From positions 8,667 to 72,666 of the forward strand of contig DASZRD010000004.1 in assembly GCA_035549255.1 (NCBI GenBank): 64,000 bases of DNA. Reading direction: 5' to 3'. Origin of the DNA: Minisyncoccota bacterium (GTDB lineage Bacteria; Patescibacteriota; Minisyncoccia; Phycocordibacterales; SBAW01). The notes below the pieces were generated by a model. That model searched no databases. It was not told the DNA's origin and worked only from the letters and a program-made list of their open reading frames with translations. The position numbers were made by a program, and so were the translations under genes. This document shows, in pieces, positions 31,788 to 40,965 of the stretch; position 1 is the first letter of the stretch; each line of letters opens with the position of its first letter.

Positions 31788-33563
31788 ATGGGTTCACTTT
31801 GGCGCACGCTTACGCGGCCCGTGTATATCCCGCTCGCCGACAAGGCAGAGGACGCATACCATGCCTTCTCGCGCACCGGCAGGGGCGTTTTCATATTTCT
31901 TGCATCGGTGATGGTAGTGAGCAGCGTGGCGCTCCTCTATATGCTCAACAGCTCGATGCTCTCGGCCACGCCTGGCTACGGCGGCAGCCTCACCGAGGGG
32001 ATTATCGGGAGCCCGCGGTTCATCAACCCCGTGCTTGCGGTCTCCGACGCCGACCACGACCTCTCGATACTGGTCTACTCCGGCCTCCTGCGCGCGACAC
32101 CCGAGGGCGACTACGTGCCCGATTTGGCCTCAAGCTATGACATCTCGAGCGATGGCACGACATACACCTTCCACCTGCGGCCGAATGCCACGTTCCATGA
32201 CGGCAGCAAGGTCACCGCCGACGACGTGGTCTTTACGATAAACAAGATCCAGGACGCGGCGCTCAAGAGCCCCGCCCGCGCCGACTGGGTGGGAGTCACG
32301 GTAACCGAAGTCGACCCGGAGACCGTGCAATTTACGCTCAAGTCGCGCTACGCGCCGTTCATCCAGAACTTGACACTCGGTATCCTCCCCAAGCATCTCT
32401 GGGCTAACGTGAGCGATGAGGAGTTTCCTTTCAGCGACCTCAACACTTCGCCCGTAGGCTCCGGCCCCTTCAAGATCGGCAAAATTTCGCGCTCGGCATC
32501 GGGCCTGCCGTCCTCCTACGAACTTGACGCGAATCAAGAGTACGCGCTCGGCGCGCCCTACCTCTCGGAAATATACCTGCGGTTCTATCAGAATGAGAGC
32601 GACCTTTCGGACGCGCTCGCGCGCGGCGACGTCGAGGCGGCAAGCGGCCTCTCGCCCGCCTCGCTCACCGATATCAAGGACGCGAACATAGAGACGGCGC
32701 CGCTCAACCGCGTCTTCGGCGTCTTCTTCAACCAGAACCAGTCGGAAGTATTGCGCGACCCGGACGTGCGCGAGGCGCTGCGCGACGCCATAAACCAGCA
32801 AGATCTTGTGAATCAGGTGCTTGGCGGCTACGGCACCCCACTTACGGGGCCCGTGCCGCCGGAGCTCCTCGGCGCGACTACGACGATCGCTGCATCTTCG
32901 ACACCGGCGGCTATAGGCACGACTACCGACATCGCTCTTCTCTCACAGCAAGAGCTCATAAAGAAAGGCTGGGTGTTAGGGGATGACGGCGTCTTAACCA
33001 AGACGACCGGCAAAGGCAAGGACGCGAAGACTGAAATACTTTCCTTCTCCCTCTCGACAGCCAACGTGCCCGAGCTGCGCGCGGCGGCGGAGTACCTGCG
33101 CCGGCAGTGGAGCGAGATGGGTGCCGCGGTCGACGTAAAGATATTCGAGCAAGGCGACCTCTCGCAGAACGTGATCCGCCCGCGCAAGTATGACGCGCTC
33201 CTCTTCGGCGAGGTGATCGGCCGCGAGCTCGACCTCTACGCCTTCTGGGACAGCAGCCAGCGCAACGACCCCGGCCTTAACGTCGCTTTGTATGCCAATT
33301 CCACCGTCGACAAAATCGTCGAGCAGCTCCGCCAAACGACCGACGACGCCACGCGCGCAAGCCTCTACAGCCAGTTCCTTGCCCAGTTCAACCAGGACAT
33401 CCCCGCGGTATTTCTCTACGCGCCCGATTTCGTGTATAGTATACCCAACGACATCCAAGGGCTCGACCTGGGTTTTATAGAAACGCCAAGCGACCGTTTT
33501 CTCTCAGCCCCTCAATGGCATCGGGAGACAGACTACGTGTGGCCCATATTTAACAGCAAGTAA
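31788..33563 (+). CDS. ABC transporter substrate-binding protein, family 5 (oligopeptide/nickel type)
   Basis: Signal anchor, then SBP_bac_5-like region (GSLTEGIIGSPRFINP...DGSKVTADDVVFTINK). The listed 886-aa ORF 30903..33563 has a spurious N-terminus antisense to groEL/groES/secG. Confidence 0.75.
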   Translation: MGSLWRTLTRPVYIPLADKAEDAYHAFSRTGRGVFIFLASVMVVSSVALLYMLNSSMLSATPGYGGSLTEGIIGSPRFINPVLAVSDADHDLSILVYSGLLRATPEGDYVPDLASSYDISSDGTTYTFHLRPNATFHDGSKVTADDVVFTINKIQDAALKSPARADWVGVTVTEVDPETVQFTLKSRYAPFIQNLTLGILPKHLWANVSDEEFPFSDLNTSPVGSGPFKIGKISRSASGLPSSYELDANQEYALGAPYLSEIYLRFYQNESDLSDALARGDVEAASGLSPASLTDIKDANIETAPLNRVFGVFFNQNQSEVLRDPDVREALRDAINQQDLVNQVLGGYGTPLTGPVPPELLGATTTIAASSTPAAIGTTTDIALLSQQELIKKGWVLGDDGVLTKTTGKGKDAKTEILSFSLSTANVPELRAAAEYLRRQWSEMGAAVDVKIFEQGDLSQNVIRPRKYDALLFGEVIGRELDLYAFWDSSQRNDPGLNVALYANSTVDKIVEQLRQTTDDATRASLYSQFLAQFNQDIPAVFLYAPDFVYSIPNDIQGLDLGFIETPSDRFLSAPQWHRETDYVWPIFNSK

Positions 33564-33568
33564 TTACA

Positions 33569-35425
33569 ATGGAAGAAAAGAAGAAAGGTTTTAAGACCCG
33601 CCGCCCTAGCGGCGGGCGCGGGCGCGGCAGCTTCGGCGGCCGCAAGCTTCGTCGCGAGGGTCCTCGCCCTCATCAGACGCCTCCGCCGCGCGAGATCCGC
33701 GAGCAAAGCGGCACCAATGGCGCCGGCGACGAGAAGCCGATCCCGCCTTTAGAGGCCGGCAACATCCGCATCATCCCGCTTGGCGGCGTCGAAGAGATCG
33801 GCCGCAACATGACGGCGGTCGAATTCGGCAACGACATCATTATCGTCGACTGCGGGTTCCAGTTCCGAGAACAGGACACCCCGGGTATCGATTACATTCT
33901 GCCCAATACCAAATACCTCGAAGACCGCCAGGACAAGATTAGAGGTATGTTTATTACGCACGGCCACCTCGACCACATCGGCGGCATCCCCTACGTCATC
34001 GACCGCATCGGCTACCCGCCGATCTTCACGCGCAAGCTGACCGCGATCATGATCCGCAAGCGCCAGGAGGAATTCCCGCACTTGAAGCCTTTGGATATTC
34101 ATGAGGTCGAAAAGGAAGACACGATCAAGGTCGGCGACCTGCGCGTGCGCTTCTTCTCGGTGACCCACACTATCCCCGACGCGATGGGCATCATCATCGA
34201 GACGCCGTACGGATTGGTCGTCTTCACCGGCGACCTCAAGCTCGACCACGTCGACGGCGTCCCGACCGAGGCCGAGGAGAAGGAGTTCGCATTCTTCAAG
34301 GATAAGAAGGTGCTCTTCCTCGCCGCGGACTCGACCAATGTCGAGCGCTCCGGCTTCTCTATCCCCGAGCGCGTGGTCAAGAAGAACATGGACGAGATCA
34401 TCGCCACGACGCCCGGCAGACTCATTATCGGCACCTTCTCCTCGCAGCTCGAGCGCCTCATGCGCATCGTCGAACAAGCCGAGCGCGTCGGCCGCAAAGT
34501 CCTCGTCGAGGGCCGCTCAATGAAGGTCAACCTCGAGATCGTAAAACATTTAGGATTGCTCAAAGTAAACGAGAAGACATTTATTTCTCCCGAGCAGCTC
34601 GAATCCATCCCTGACAGCAAAGTGCTCATACTCGCGACGGGCGCCCAGGGCGACGAGTTCGCGGCACTCATGCGCGTTGCCATGAAGTCGCACAAATACG
34701 TGAAGATCAAGCCCGGCGACACCATCGTGCTCTCTTCTTCGATCGTGCCGGGCAATGAGCGCTCGGTTCAGAAGCTTAAGGACAACCTCTCCCGCCAGGG
34801 CGCGCGCATCATCCACCGCGACACCATGGACGTGCACGCCTCCGGCCACGCCAACCGCGATGAGACCTTCTGGATCCACCAGAAGATCAACCCTCGGTTC
34901 TTCATGCCGCTCCATGGCTACCACTACATGCTGCGCGTCCACGCCGACATCGCCAAGGCCTGCGGCCGCGCCGAGGACGAGATCATCGTCCCTGACAACA
35001 GCGCCGTGATCGAAATCCGCGACGAGGGCTCGCGTATCGTGCGCCTTAAGGAAATGGCGCCGGCAGGTCTGCGCCTGGTAGACGGCTTCGCGATCGGCGA
35101 CATCCAGGAGGTCGTTATCCGCGACCGTACCGTGCTCGCGGCAGAAGGCATGTTCGTCATCATCGCGACAGTCAACCCCAAGAACGGCCGCCTACGCAAG
35201 TCGCCCGACATCATCTCGCGCGGGTTCGTGTACTTGCGCGAATCGCAGGAGCTCCTCCAGCAAGCGCGCATCATCGTAAAGAAGACGATCGAAGACACGA
35301 CCAAGAATCAGCAGCCAGTCAACTTCGACTTCGTCAAGAACAACGTCACCGACGCGGTAGCAAGATTCCTCTTCGAGAAGACCAACAAACGCCCGATCGT
35401 GATCCCCGTAATTTTGGGTGTGTAA
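33569..35425 (+). CDS. rnj: Ribonuclease J (beta-CASP metallo-beta-lactamase) with Arg/Gly-rich N-terminal extension
   Basis: HGHLDHIG motif and beta-CASP region, preceded by KKGFKTRRPSGGRGRGSFGGRKLRREGPRPHQTPPP. Confidence 0.85.
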   Translation: MEEKKKGFKTRRPSGGRGRGSFGGRKLRREGPRPHQTPPPREIREQSGTNGAGDEKPIPPLEAGNIRIIPLGGVEEIGRNMTAVEFGNDIIIVDCGFQFREQDTPGIDYILPNTKYLEDRQDKIRGMFITHGHLDHIGGIPYVIDRIGYPPIFTRKLTAIMIRKRQEEFPHLKPLDIHEVEKEDTIKVGDLRVRFFSVTHTIPDAMGIIIETPYGLVVFTGDLKLDHVDGVPTEAEEKEFAFFKDKKVLFLAADSTNVERSGFSIPERVVKKNMDEIIATTPGRLIIGTFSSQLERLMRIVEQAERVGRKVLVEGRSMKVNLEIVKHLGLLKVNEKTFISPEQLESIPDSKVLILATGAQGDEFAALMRVAMKSHKYVKIKPGDTIVLSSSIVPGNERSVQKLKDNLSRQGARIIHRDTMDVHASGHANRDETFWIHQKINPRFFMPLHGYHYMLRVHADIAKACGRAEDEIIVPDNSAVIEIRDEGSRIVRLKEMAPAGLRLVDGFAIGDIQEVVIRDRTVLAAEGMFVIIATVNPKNGRLRKSPDIISRGFVYLRESQELLQQARIIVKKTIEDTTKNQQPVNFDFVKNNVTDAVARFLFEKTNKRPIVIPVILGV

Positions 35426-35518
35426 TCTGCTACACTCCATCTCAAGTCCGAAGGAGGTGGTTCTCATGGACGATCAGACCTAATACTAGGTCGAGGCGCG
35501 GAGAAATCCGCGCCTTTT

Positions 35519-36310
35519 CTATTTCGCTACTGAAATCTTTTTGTTTTTTATTTCTATTATTCCCTCGCCTGCGAGGTTGGCCACCACTCTTGCCACGTCG
35601 CCGTGCGCACGGTTGGTTATGTCGATCAACTCATCCATTGTCTTGGGTTTCTCCAAGACTGCGCGCAGCACCGCTCCACGCAGTTGGCGGTAAGAGCCCT
35701 CGAACTTGCTCTGTTTGGCATAATGCTTGCTCCTACTGTTGATGCGCAAGCCTTGAGCCTTCAAGAATGACCCGTAATCCATGAGTGCCGCGTAGAAGTC
35801 TCGTGGGTCCATGCGCGACTGCTTGAGTGCTTTCTCTACGAGCGGCAAAATCTGTGCGTCGGACACAAGCACCTCTTTGCTGCCGCCCCTGAAGCAATAT
35901 TTGAGAAATACGGTGCGAATATTCGTCTCGATAAACACCGTTGGCTTATTGTGCGCAAAGGCCTCTACCGCTGCGGCTGTATACGGGCCAACACCGGGGA
36001 GTTTCTGACCGGTCCAACCCTCACGAGCAAGGATCTTCCCCGCTTCCCACAGATATTTGCCTCTGCGATTGTAGCCGAGGCCTTGCCACAGCGTGAGCAC
36101 TTCGCTCAGTTGCGCTTTGGCTAATTTTTGCGGCGTCGGGAACTTTTTTATAAACCGCTCGTAGAACGGGATCACGCGGTCGACTTGCGTTTGCTGGAGC
36201 ATCACTTCGGAGACCATAATCTTGTACGGGTCGTGCGTCTGCCGCCAAGGCAAGTGGCTGCGCGCCTGCGTCTTGTAAAAGCTTTTCAAATCTCGGAGAA
36301 GTCGCGGCAT
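35519..36310 (-). CDS. HhH-GPD base-excision DNA glycosylase, MutY/EndoIII family (A/G-specific adenine glycosylase-like)
   Basis: LPWRQTHDPYKIMVSEVMLQQTQVDRV and the HhH region LPGVGPYTAAAVEAFA. Start at MPRLLRDL (ATG 36310). No C-terminal NUDIX-like domain is evident. Confidence 0.65.
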   Translation of the reverse strand: MPRLLRDLKSFYKTQARSHLPWRQTHDPYKIMVSEVMLQQTQVDRVIPFYERFIKKFPTPQKLAKAQLSEVLTLWQGLGYNRRGKYLWEAGKILAREGWTGQKLPGVGPYTAAAVEAFAHNKPTVFIETNIRTVFLKYCFRGGSKEVLVSDAQILPLVEKALKQSRMDPRDFYAALMDYGSFLKAQGLRINSRSKHYAKQSKFEGSYRQLRGAVLRAVLEKPKTMDELIDITNRAHGDVARVVANLAGEGIIEIKNKKISVAK

Positions 36311-36345
36311 ATATTCAGCAAAACAGTATTGCTTGCCTATGATAA

Positions 36346-36375
36346 CAAAAAGCCCCGCCGAAGCGGGGCTTTTTG
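36346..36375. terminator. Bidirectional terminator aaaaagccccgc-cgaa-gcggggcttttt
   Basis: Perfect stem flanked by an A-run and a T-run, between the mutY-like start and the RRM gene end. Confidence 0.6.
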
Positions 36376-36392
36376 ATTGCAGGCCAGAGGGC

Positions 36393-36644
36393 TTATGCCT
36401 TCGGGCGGGCATCGGAGACCGTGAGCGTGCGGCCGTCGAACTCCTTGCCATTCCACATGGCAATAGCAGCTTCGCCGCCGGCATCGTCGGCCATCTCCAC
36501 GAAGCCGAAGCCACGGGAGCGACCAGTCTCACGATCAGTAACAATGGACGCGGTGGCTACCTCGCCCGCCTTGGCAAACGCGTCTCTCAACTCGTCGCCC
36601 GTAGTGCGGTACGGAAGGCCTCCCACGAACAGTTTGCGTACCAT
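36393..36644 (-). CDS. RRM-type RNA-binding protein (83 aa)
   Basis: RNP motifs KLFVGGLPY (RNP2) and RGFGFVEM (RNP1). Start at MVRKLF. Confidence 0.75.
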   Translation of the reverse strand: MVRKLFVGGLPYRTTGDELRDAFAKAGEVATASIVTDRETGRSRGFGFVEMADDAGGEAAIAMWNGKEFDGRTLTVSDARPKA

Positions 36645-36749
36645 ATTCGCGAAATACAATGAATTAACTAAGTTCCGTTGTAAGTCGACCCTCCGATAAC
36701 CGCGCCAGGGGCGCACCAGGAGCACTTGACTCGGAACGCCCTCACCTTA

Positions 36750-37454
36750 TCATAGCGACGAGAGGCGCGCAACCACGACGAGGCGCTTGTCGAAGGCGTG
36801 CGCGTGCGGGTCCCAGTCTCCGGCGCAGGTTATAAGGACTATTTGGGAAGGGCCGGCTGTGGAGAAGATCTCGTTAAGGGGCGCCGCGTTGGTGTCGTAA
36901 TCCTCAATTGAGGAGACGGTATACGTAAGGCTCCGGCCCGAGGCGTCGGACACGACGACCGAGTCGCCAACCGCGATTTGGCCGAGGTGCTCGAAGACGC
37001 CCGCGGTCGTAAGCGCATTGTTGACATGCCCGTCGATGACGGCGTTGCCAGCCTCTCCGGGCTTAGGGCCGAGGTTATACCAGGCGACGTCCTGCCAGGT
37101 GGAGGGTGTGGCCATCGAGCCGTCTGACTTTTGCCCGACGCTCTCGACCTTGGCCGAGACCCCGATCGAGGGTATGGCGAGGTGCACGGGCACGAGCGGC
37201 GTAGTGGTGGCAGGACCAGCAGCCGGCGCGTTGAGAAGCGAAGGGTCGGTAATCGCCGCAGCCGGCGCGAAGGCGACGAAAGCGGCATTCGCGCCGAACG
37301 CGTTTTTCGAGAGGGTCGAGAGCGCGCCCGCCGCGCCGATCACTATCGCAAGCACGCCGAAGGCGACAAAGACATTCCTCGTCCAGTGCGGCCTGCGGTG
37401 GTGTATGATAACGCCCGACTTAGCGGATGAGAGTAGCAACTGCCTTTCTGACAT
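36750..37454 (-). CDS. Sortase family transpeptidase
   Basis: N-terminal TM, active-site His context VIDGHVN, catalytic Cys in LITCAG (TLxTC motif), and a trailing Arg. Confidence 0.7.
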   Translation of the reverse strand: MSERQLLLSSAKSGVIIHHRRPHWTRNVFVAFGVLAIVIGAAGALSTLSKNAFGANAAFVAFAPAAAITDPSLLNAPAAGPATTTPLVPVHLAIPSIGVSAKVESVGQKSDGSMATPSTWQDVAWYNLGPKPGEAGNAVIDGHVNNALTTAGVFEHLGQIAVGDSVVVSDASGRSLTYTVSSIEDYDTNAAPLNEIFSTAGPSQIVLITCAGDWDPHAHAFDKRLVVVARLSSL

Positions 37455-38157
37455 ACGGTTGCAATACTACGCCCGCAACCACAAGGAGCACAAGCGCCAA
37501 GGCCAGGGGTAAAGCGTACGCTGAAATCGGCTCGAAGCCGGTGTTCGGAAGCGACGGTACATATTTGGAGACGACCGTCACGGCCGCGACGGATGTCTGC
37601 ACAGGCTGGGCCGGCTGCGTATAGGAGTAGCTCGGATATTGATAGCCGTAGGGGTAATTGTAGTAGCCGCTGCCATACGCGTATGTCGGCGTGAGCGTGA
37701 TGTAGCATGCGGCGTTGGAGCCATTGGCTACAGTGCCGGAACAGCTGCCTGAATAGGAGGGCGTGTACCCTGTCTGATTATAGACCGAAACCGAGTACGA
37801 CCCATTCACCCACACGGTCGTGCCGTTTGAGGAGCCCTGGAAGTACTGCTGGTTGCTGTTGGCGCCCGCGACATAGAACGTAAAGTCGCTCGGCGACTTG
37901 TACTGACCGTATTGATACTGGTTATTAACCGTTACATAGACAGTCACGCTTCCCTGCGTGGAATTATTGCAATTCCAATAGCCGTAGGAATATCCGTAAT
38001 TGTTATTCCAGCCGCAATTATTGTTGTAGCCATATTGGTATTGATAATAGCCGGGCGCATAGAGCGTGTCGGCAGAGGCCGCAACAGGAACGAGGATGCC
38101 CAGCAGAAGCGCGAACGAGGACACGAACACTGCAAGAGAGCGCTTGAATGATTTCAT
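37420..38157 (-). CDS. LPXTG-anchored cell-wall surface protein, Tyr/Asn/Gly-rich low complexity
   Basis: Signal peptide MKSFKRSLAVFVSSFALLLGILVPVAASA. C-terminal sorting signal LPNTG + hydrophobic stretch + RK tail. Composition such as YQYQYGYNNNCGWNNNYGYSYGYWNCNN. Confidence 0.6.
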   Translation of the reverse strand: MKSFKRSLAVFVSSFALLLGILVPVAASADTLYAPGYYQYQYGYNNNCGWNNNYGYSYGYWNCNNSTQGSVTVYVTVNNQYQYGQYKSPSDFTFYVAGANSNQQYFQGSSNGTTVWVNGSYSVSVYNQTGYTPSYSGSCSGTVANGSNAACYITLTPTYAYGSGYYNYPYGYQYPSYSYTQPAQPVQTSVAAVTVVSKYVPSLPNTGFEPISAYALPLALALVLLVVAGVVLQPYVRKAVATLIR

Positions 38158-38232
38158 AGCGGTAGGACAATTTAAATTATAAAAACGAGCAGGCCCAGGA
38201 CTATCCCCATTGTAGCACACCGAGGCATCCGA

Positions 38233-38439
38233 TTAGTAGCCCGCCGGGAGCGTAACGCTCGAGAGGAAGGCCGGTATGACCGCCGGGAGTATAAGGAGTG
38301 GGATCACGATCGCCCCTACCGTGATCCAGAAGCCCCAGAGCATATACTTGCGCATCTTTTCGCTCGACTGGAAGGTGGCGTCGATCTTCCCCTCCAGCTC
38401 GGCAAGCTTGATCTCCATGCGGTCGAGCTGTTCGTTCAT
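38233..38439 (-). CDS. Small membrane protein (68 aa)
   Basis: Coiled N-terminus followed by a TM helix (WGFWITVGAIVIPLLILPAVIPAFL). Confidence 0.35.
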   Translation of the reverse strand: MNEQLDRMEIKLAELEGKIDATFQSSEKMRKYMLWGFWITVGAIVIPLLILPAVIPAFLSSVTLPAGY

Positions 38440-38493
38440 TACCCGGTAGTATACACCCCCTTCAGGAGCTGTCCCCAGCCCGATGCCGGCCTT

Positions 38494-38545
38494 CTTGACA
38501 CTTTCATCCTGCGGATATATATTTAGACAACCTAACTATTAGGTT
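38494..38545 (+). promoter_or_regulatory. Putative marR promoter (TTGACA-17-TATATT) followed by dyad AACCTAA-cta-TTAGGTT
   Basis: Seen directly upstream of the marR ATG. The palindrome sits between the -10 and the start codon, a typical MarR autoregulatory arrangement. Confidence 0.4.
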
Positions 38546-38553
38546 TAAGTACT

Positions 38554-38961
38554 ATGCAGGAGCATGCAACGACGCTGAACCTGTTTCTCGACGTGGGCCG
38601 CGCCATCAAGCGCGACATGGGTTCGGCGCTGCCGCTCCCCTTCGCCCAGTGCGAGGCGCTCAAGCTCGTCGAGGAGCTTCCCCGCGCCAGTATGCGCGAA
38701 GTGGCGCGCACGCTGCGTATAACGGCGCCTTCGGCGACCTCGCTCATCGACGAGCTGGCCCGCCAAGGGTACCTCAAGCGCGGCGCAGCGCGCGAAGACC
38801 GCCGCAGGATAGCGCTCACCCTTACCCCCAAGGGCAAGCGCATCGCGAGCGAGATCATGCGCAAGCGCAAAGCAGTCTTTGCCCGCTTGCTCCAGCCCCT
38901 CGACCATGAGGATCGGGAGAATCTTAACCGCGTGCTGCGCAAAATTATCAATAGTCAATAA
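38554..38961 (+). CDS. MarR family transcriptional regulator
   Basis: Winged-HTH region (LPFAQCEALKLVEELPRASMREVARTLRITAPSATSLIDELARQGYLKR). Confidence 0.8.
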   Translation: MQEHATTLNLFLDVGRAIKRDMGSALPLPFAQCEALKLVEELPRASMREVARTLRITAPSATSLIDELARQGYLKRGAAREDRRRIALTLTPKGKRIASEIMRKRKAVFARLLQPLDHEDRENLNRVLRKIINSQ

Positions 38962-38963
38962 GC

Positions 38964-40328
38964 ATGAAAACATCTTTTAATAATCCGGTTATTTTGGGCG
39001 CCATAGGCATCGCAGCCGTCATCGCGGTCGGCAGCGCCGGCTATTACCTGCTCGAGAGCAGGACGCCTTCCCTGGCGCAGCTTCCGCCGGCATCGAGTGC
39101 TACGAGTACCGTTACCGGCACCGGAACCGTTGAGCCCGCCGAGAACCCCGACCTCGCCTTCGAGGCCAGCGGCAAGGTCGCAAGCGTGCGCGTAAGCGTG
39201 GGCGATACTGTTGCCCGCGGCCAGACCCTTGCGAGCCTCGACAACAGCGCCCTCCTCGCCCAGCGCGCGCAAGCGGTCGCAAGCCTCGACGCGCAGGAGG
39301 CGAACCTCTCGCAGATGCAGGCGGGCCCGCGGGACGTCGACGTCGCCGCCAAGCAGACTGCGGTCTCGCAAGCGCAGCTCGCTCTCGCCAACCTCTACTC
39401 GACTGTATATGACACGCTCAACGACGCATACGGCAAGGCCTATAGCGCGGTGCATATCGACACCGATGCTCTCTTCTCGAACCCCGACTCGGTCAACGCA
39501 ACCCTCGCGGTAACCGTCAGCAATAGCCAGCTGGCGTCGAATGCGATCAGCACGCGCACCGCCGTCACGAGCGACCTTGCGCAATGGAAGGGCGAACTCG
39601 ACGCGCTCTCCGGCTCGGCTGATCCCTCGACGCTTGAGGCCGCCCTCACGACGGCTCAGGCCCACTTGAACGTCGCGCGCCAGTACACGGACACGATGGC
39701 ACAGGTCCTCAGCGCAGCGATTCCGTCAACCTCTTTCCCGCAGGCTTCGATAAATACATCGATCGCCGCAGTCAGCTCGCTGCACGACACGGTCGCCGGC
39801 CGCATAAGCGCGCTCTCGACCCTCAGCCAGCAGATCGCTACCGCCAAGCTCGCCGTGCAATCAGCGCAGGACGCGCTCAATTCGACGCTTGCGGGCTCGA
39901 CACAGCAGCAGATCCAAGCGCAACAGGCGCAGGTCGAGGCGGCGCAAGCCAATGTCGCCGCGATCGACGCGCAAATCGCCAAGGCGGTTATTACGGCGCC
40001 CTTCAGCGGCACGGTATCGAGCGTCCATGTGAAGGTCGGCGACATCGTTGCCGCCGACAACTCCGCAATCTCGCTCACGCCGCAAAGCGCCCTCCAGGTG
40101 AACGCGTATTTCTCGGAGTCCGATGTTGCATCGATTTCCGCGGGCCAGAGCGCTGATGTCACGCTCGACGCGTACGGGAGCGGGCGGGTCTTCCCCGCGA
40201 CTGTGGTATCAGTCGACCGTTCGCCGACGACCCAGAACGGCGTGCCCGCCTACAAGGTGACGCTGCAGTTCGAGGCAAGCGATCCATCGATCACCTCGGG
40301 CATGACCGCCAACGTAACTATCAAATAA
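38964..40328 (+). CDS. Efflux pump periplasmic adaptor (HlyD/membrane-fusion family), long coiled-coil
   Basis: N-terminal TM, biotin-lipoyl-like segments (VSVGDTVARGQTLASLD; VKVGDIVAADNSAISL), and an extended Ala/Gln coiled-coil. Confidence 0.65.
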   Translation: MKTSFNNPVILGAIGIAAVIAVGSAGYYLLESRTPSLAQLPPASSATSTVTGTGTVEPAENPDLAFEASGKVASVRVSVGDTVARGQTLASLDNSALLAQRAQAVASLDAQEANLSQMQAGPRDVDVAAKQTAVSQAQLALANLYSTVYDTLNDAYGKAYSAVHIDTDALFSNPDSVNATLAVTVSNSQLASNAISTRTAVTSDLAQWKGELDALSGSADPSTLEAALTTAQAHLNVARQYTDTMAQVLSAAIPSTSFPQASINTSIAAVSSLHDTVAGRISALSTLSQQIATAKLAVQSAQDALNSTLAGSTQQQIQAQQAQVEAAQANVAAIDAQIAKAVITAPFSGTVSSVHVKVGDIVAADNSAISLTPQSALQVNAYFSESDVASISAGQSADVTLDAYGSGRVFPATVVSVDRSPTTQNGVPAYKVTLQFEASDPSITSGMTANVTIK

Positions 40329-40332
40329 TCAT

Positions 40333-40965
40333 ATGAGTGAAAAGAAAAAGTCCATGGACCGCCGCGCCCTTGCCATCGCCGCGTTTATCGTAGTCGTGAT
40401 CGGCGGCGGGATCGCCGTGCTCGCCTACCTCGGCGTGGCCGCAAAAACCGTCTATATCGACAAGGCCACCATCTCCGCGCCCGAGACGACGCTCGCGCCT
40501 ACGACCGCCGGCATATTGCAGCATACTTACGTCTCGGTCGGCGACATCATCGCGCCCAACACGGTCGTGGCGCAGGTTGGCGTCGAGCTGATCAAATCAA
40601 CGAATGGCGGGCTTGTGATCGACGCGCGCACCGACCTCGGCACCTCGATAGCTCCGGGCACCGCAGTCGTGACAACGATCGATCCTACGGCGCTGCGCGC
40701 GGTCGGCGAAGTGCAGGAAGATAAGGGCCTCACGGATATCAAAGTCGGCGATACCGCCACCTTTACCGTCGACGCGTTCGGCGGGCAGAAGTTCCAGGGC
40801 GTCGTCGACGAAATCAGCCCGACTTCTAATGCGGGCGACGTGGTCTTCTCGGTCTCCGACAAGCGCGAGGAGCAGGACTTCGACGTCAAGGTGCGCTTTG
40901 ATACCGCGCAATATCCGCAGCTGCGCAACGGCATGTCGGCTAAGATCTGGGTTTATAAGAACTAA
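40333..40965 (+). CDS. Second HlyD-family adaptor subunit (short)
   Basis: TM followed by lipoyl-like hairpin motifs (VSVGDIIAPNTVVAQV; IKVGDTATFTVDAFG). Confidence 0.55.
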   Translation: MSEKKKSMDRRALAIAAFIVVVIGGGIAVLAYLGVAAKTVYIDKATISAPETTLAPTTAGILQHTYVSVGDIIAPNTVVAQVGVELIKSTNGGLVIDARTDLGTSIAPGTAVVTTIDPTALRAVGEVQEDKGLTDIKVGDTATFTVDAFGGQKFQGVVDEISPTSNAGDVVFSVSDKREEQDFDVKVRFDTAQYPQLRNGMSAKIWVYKN

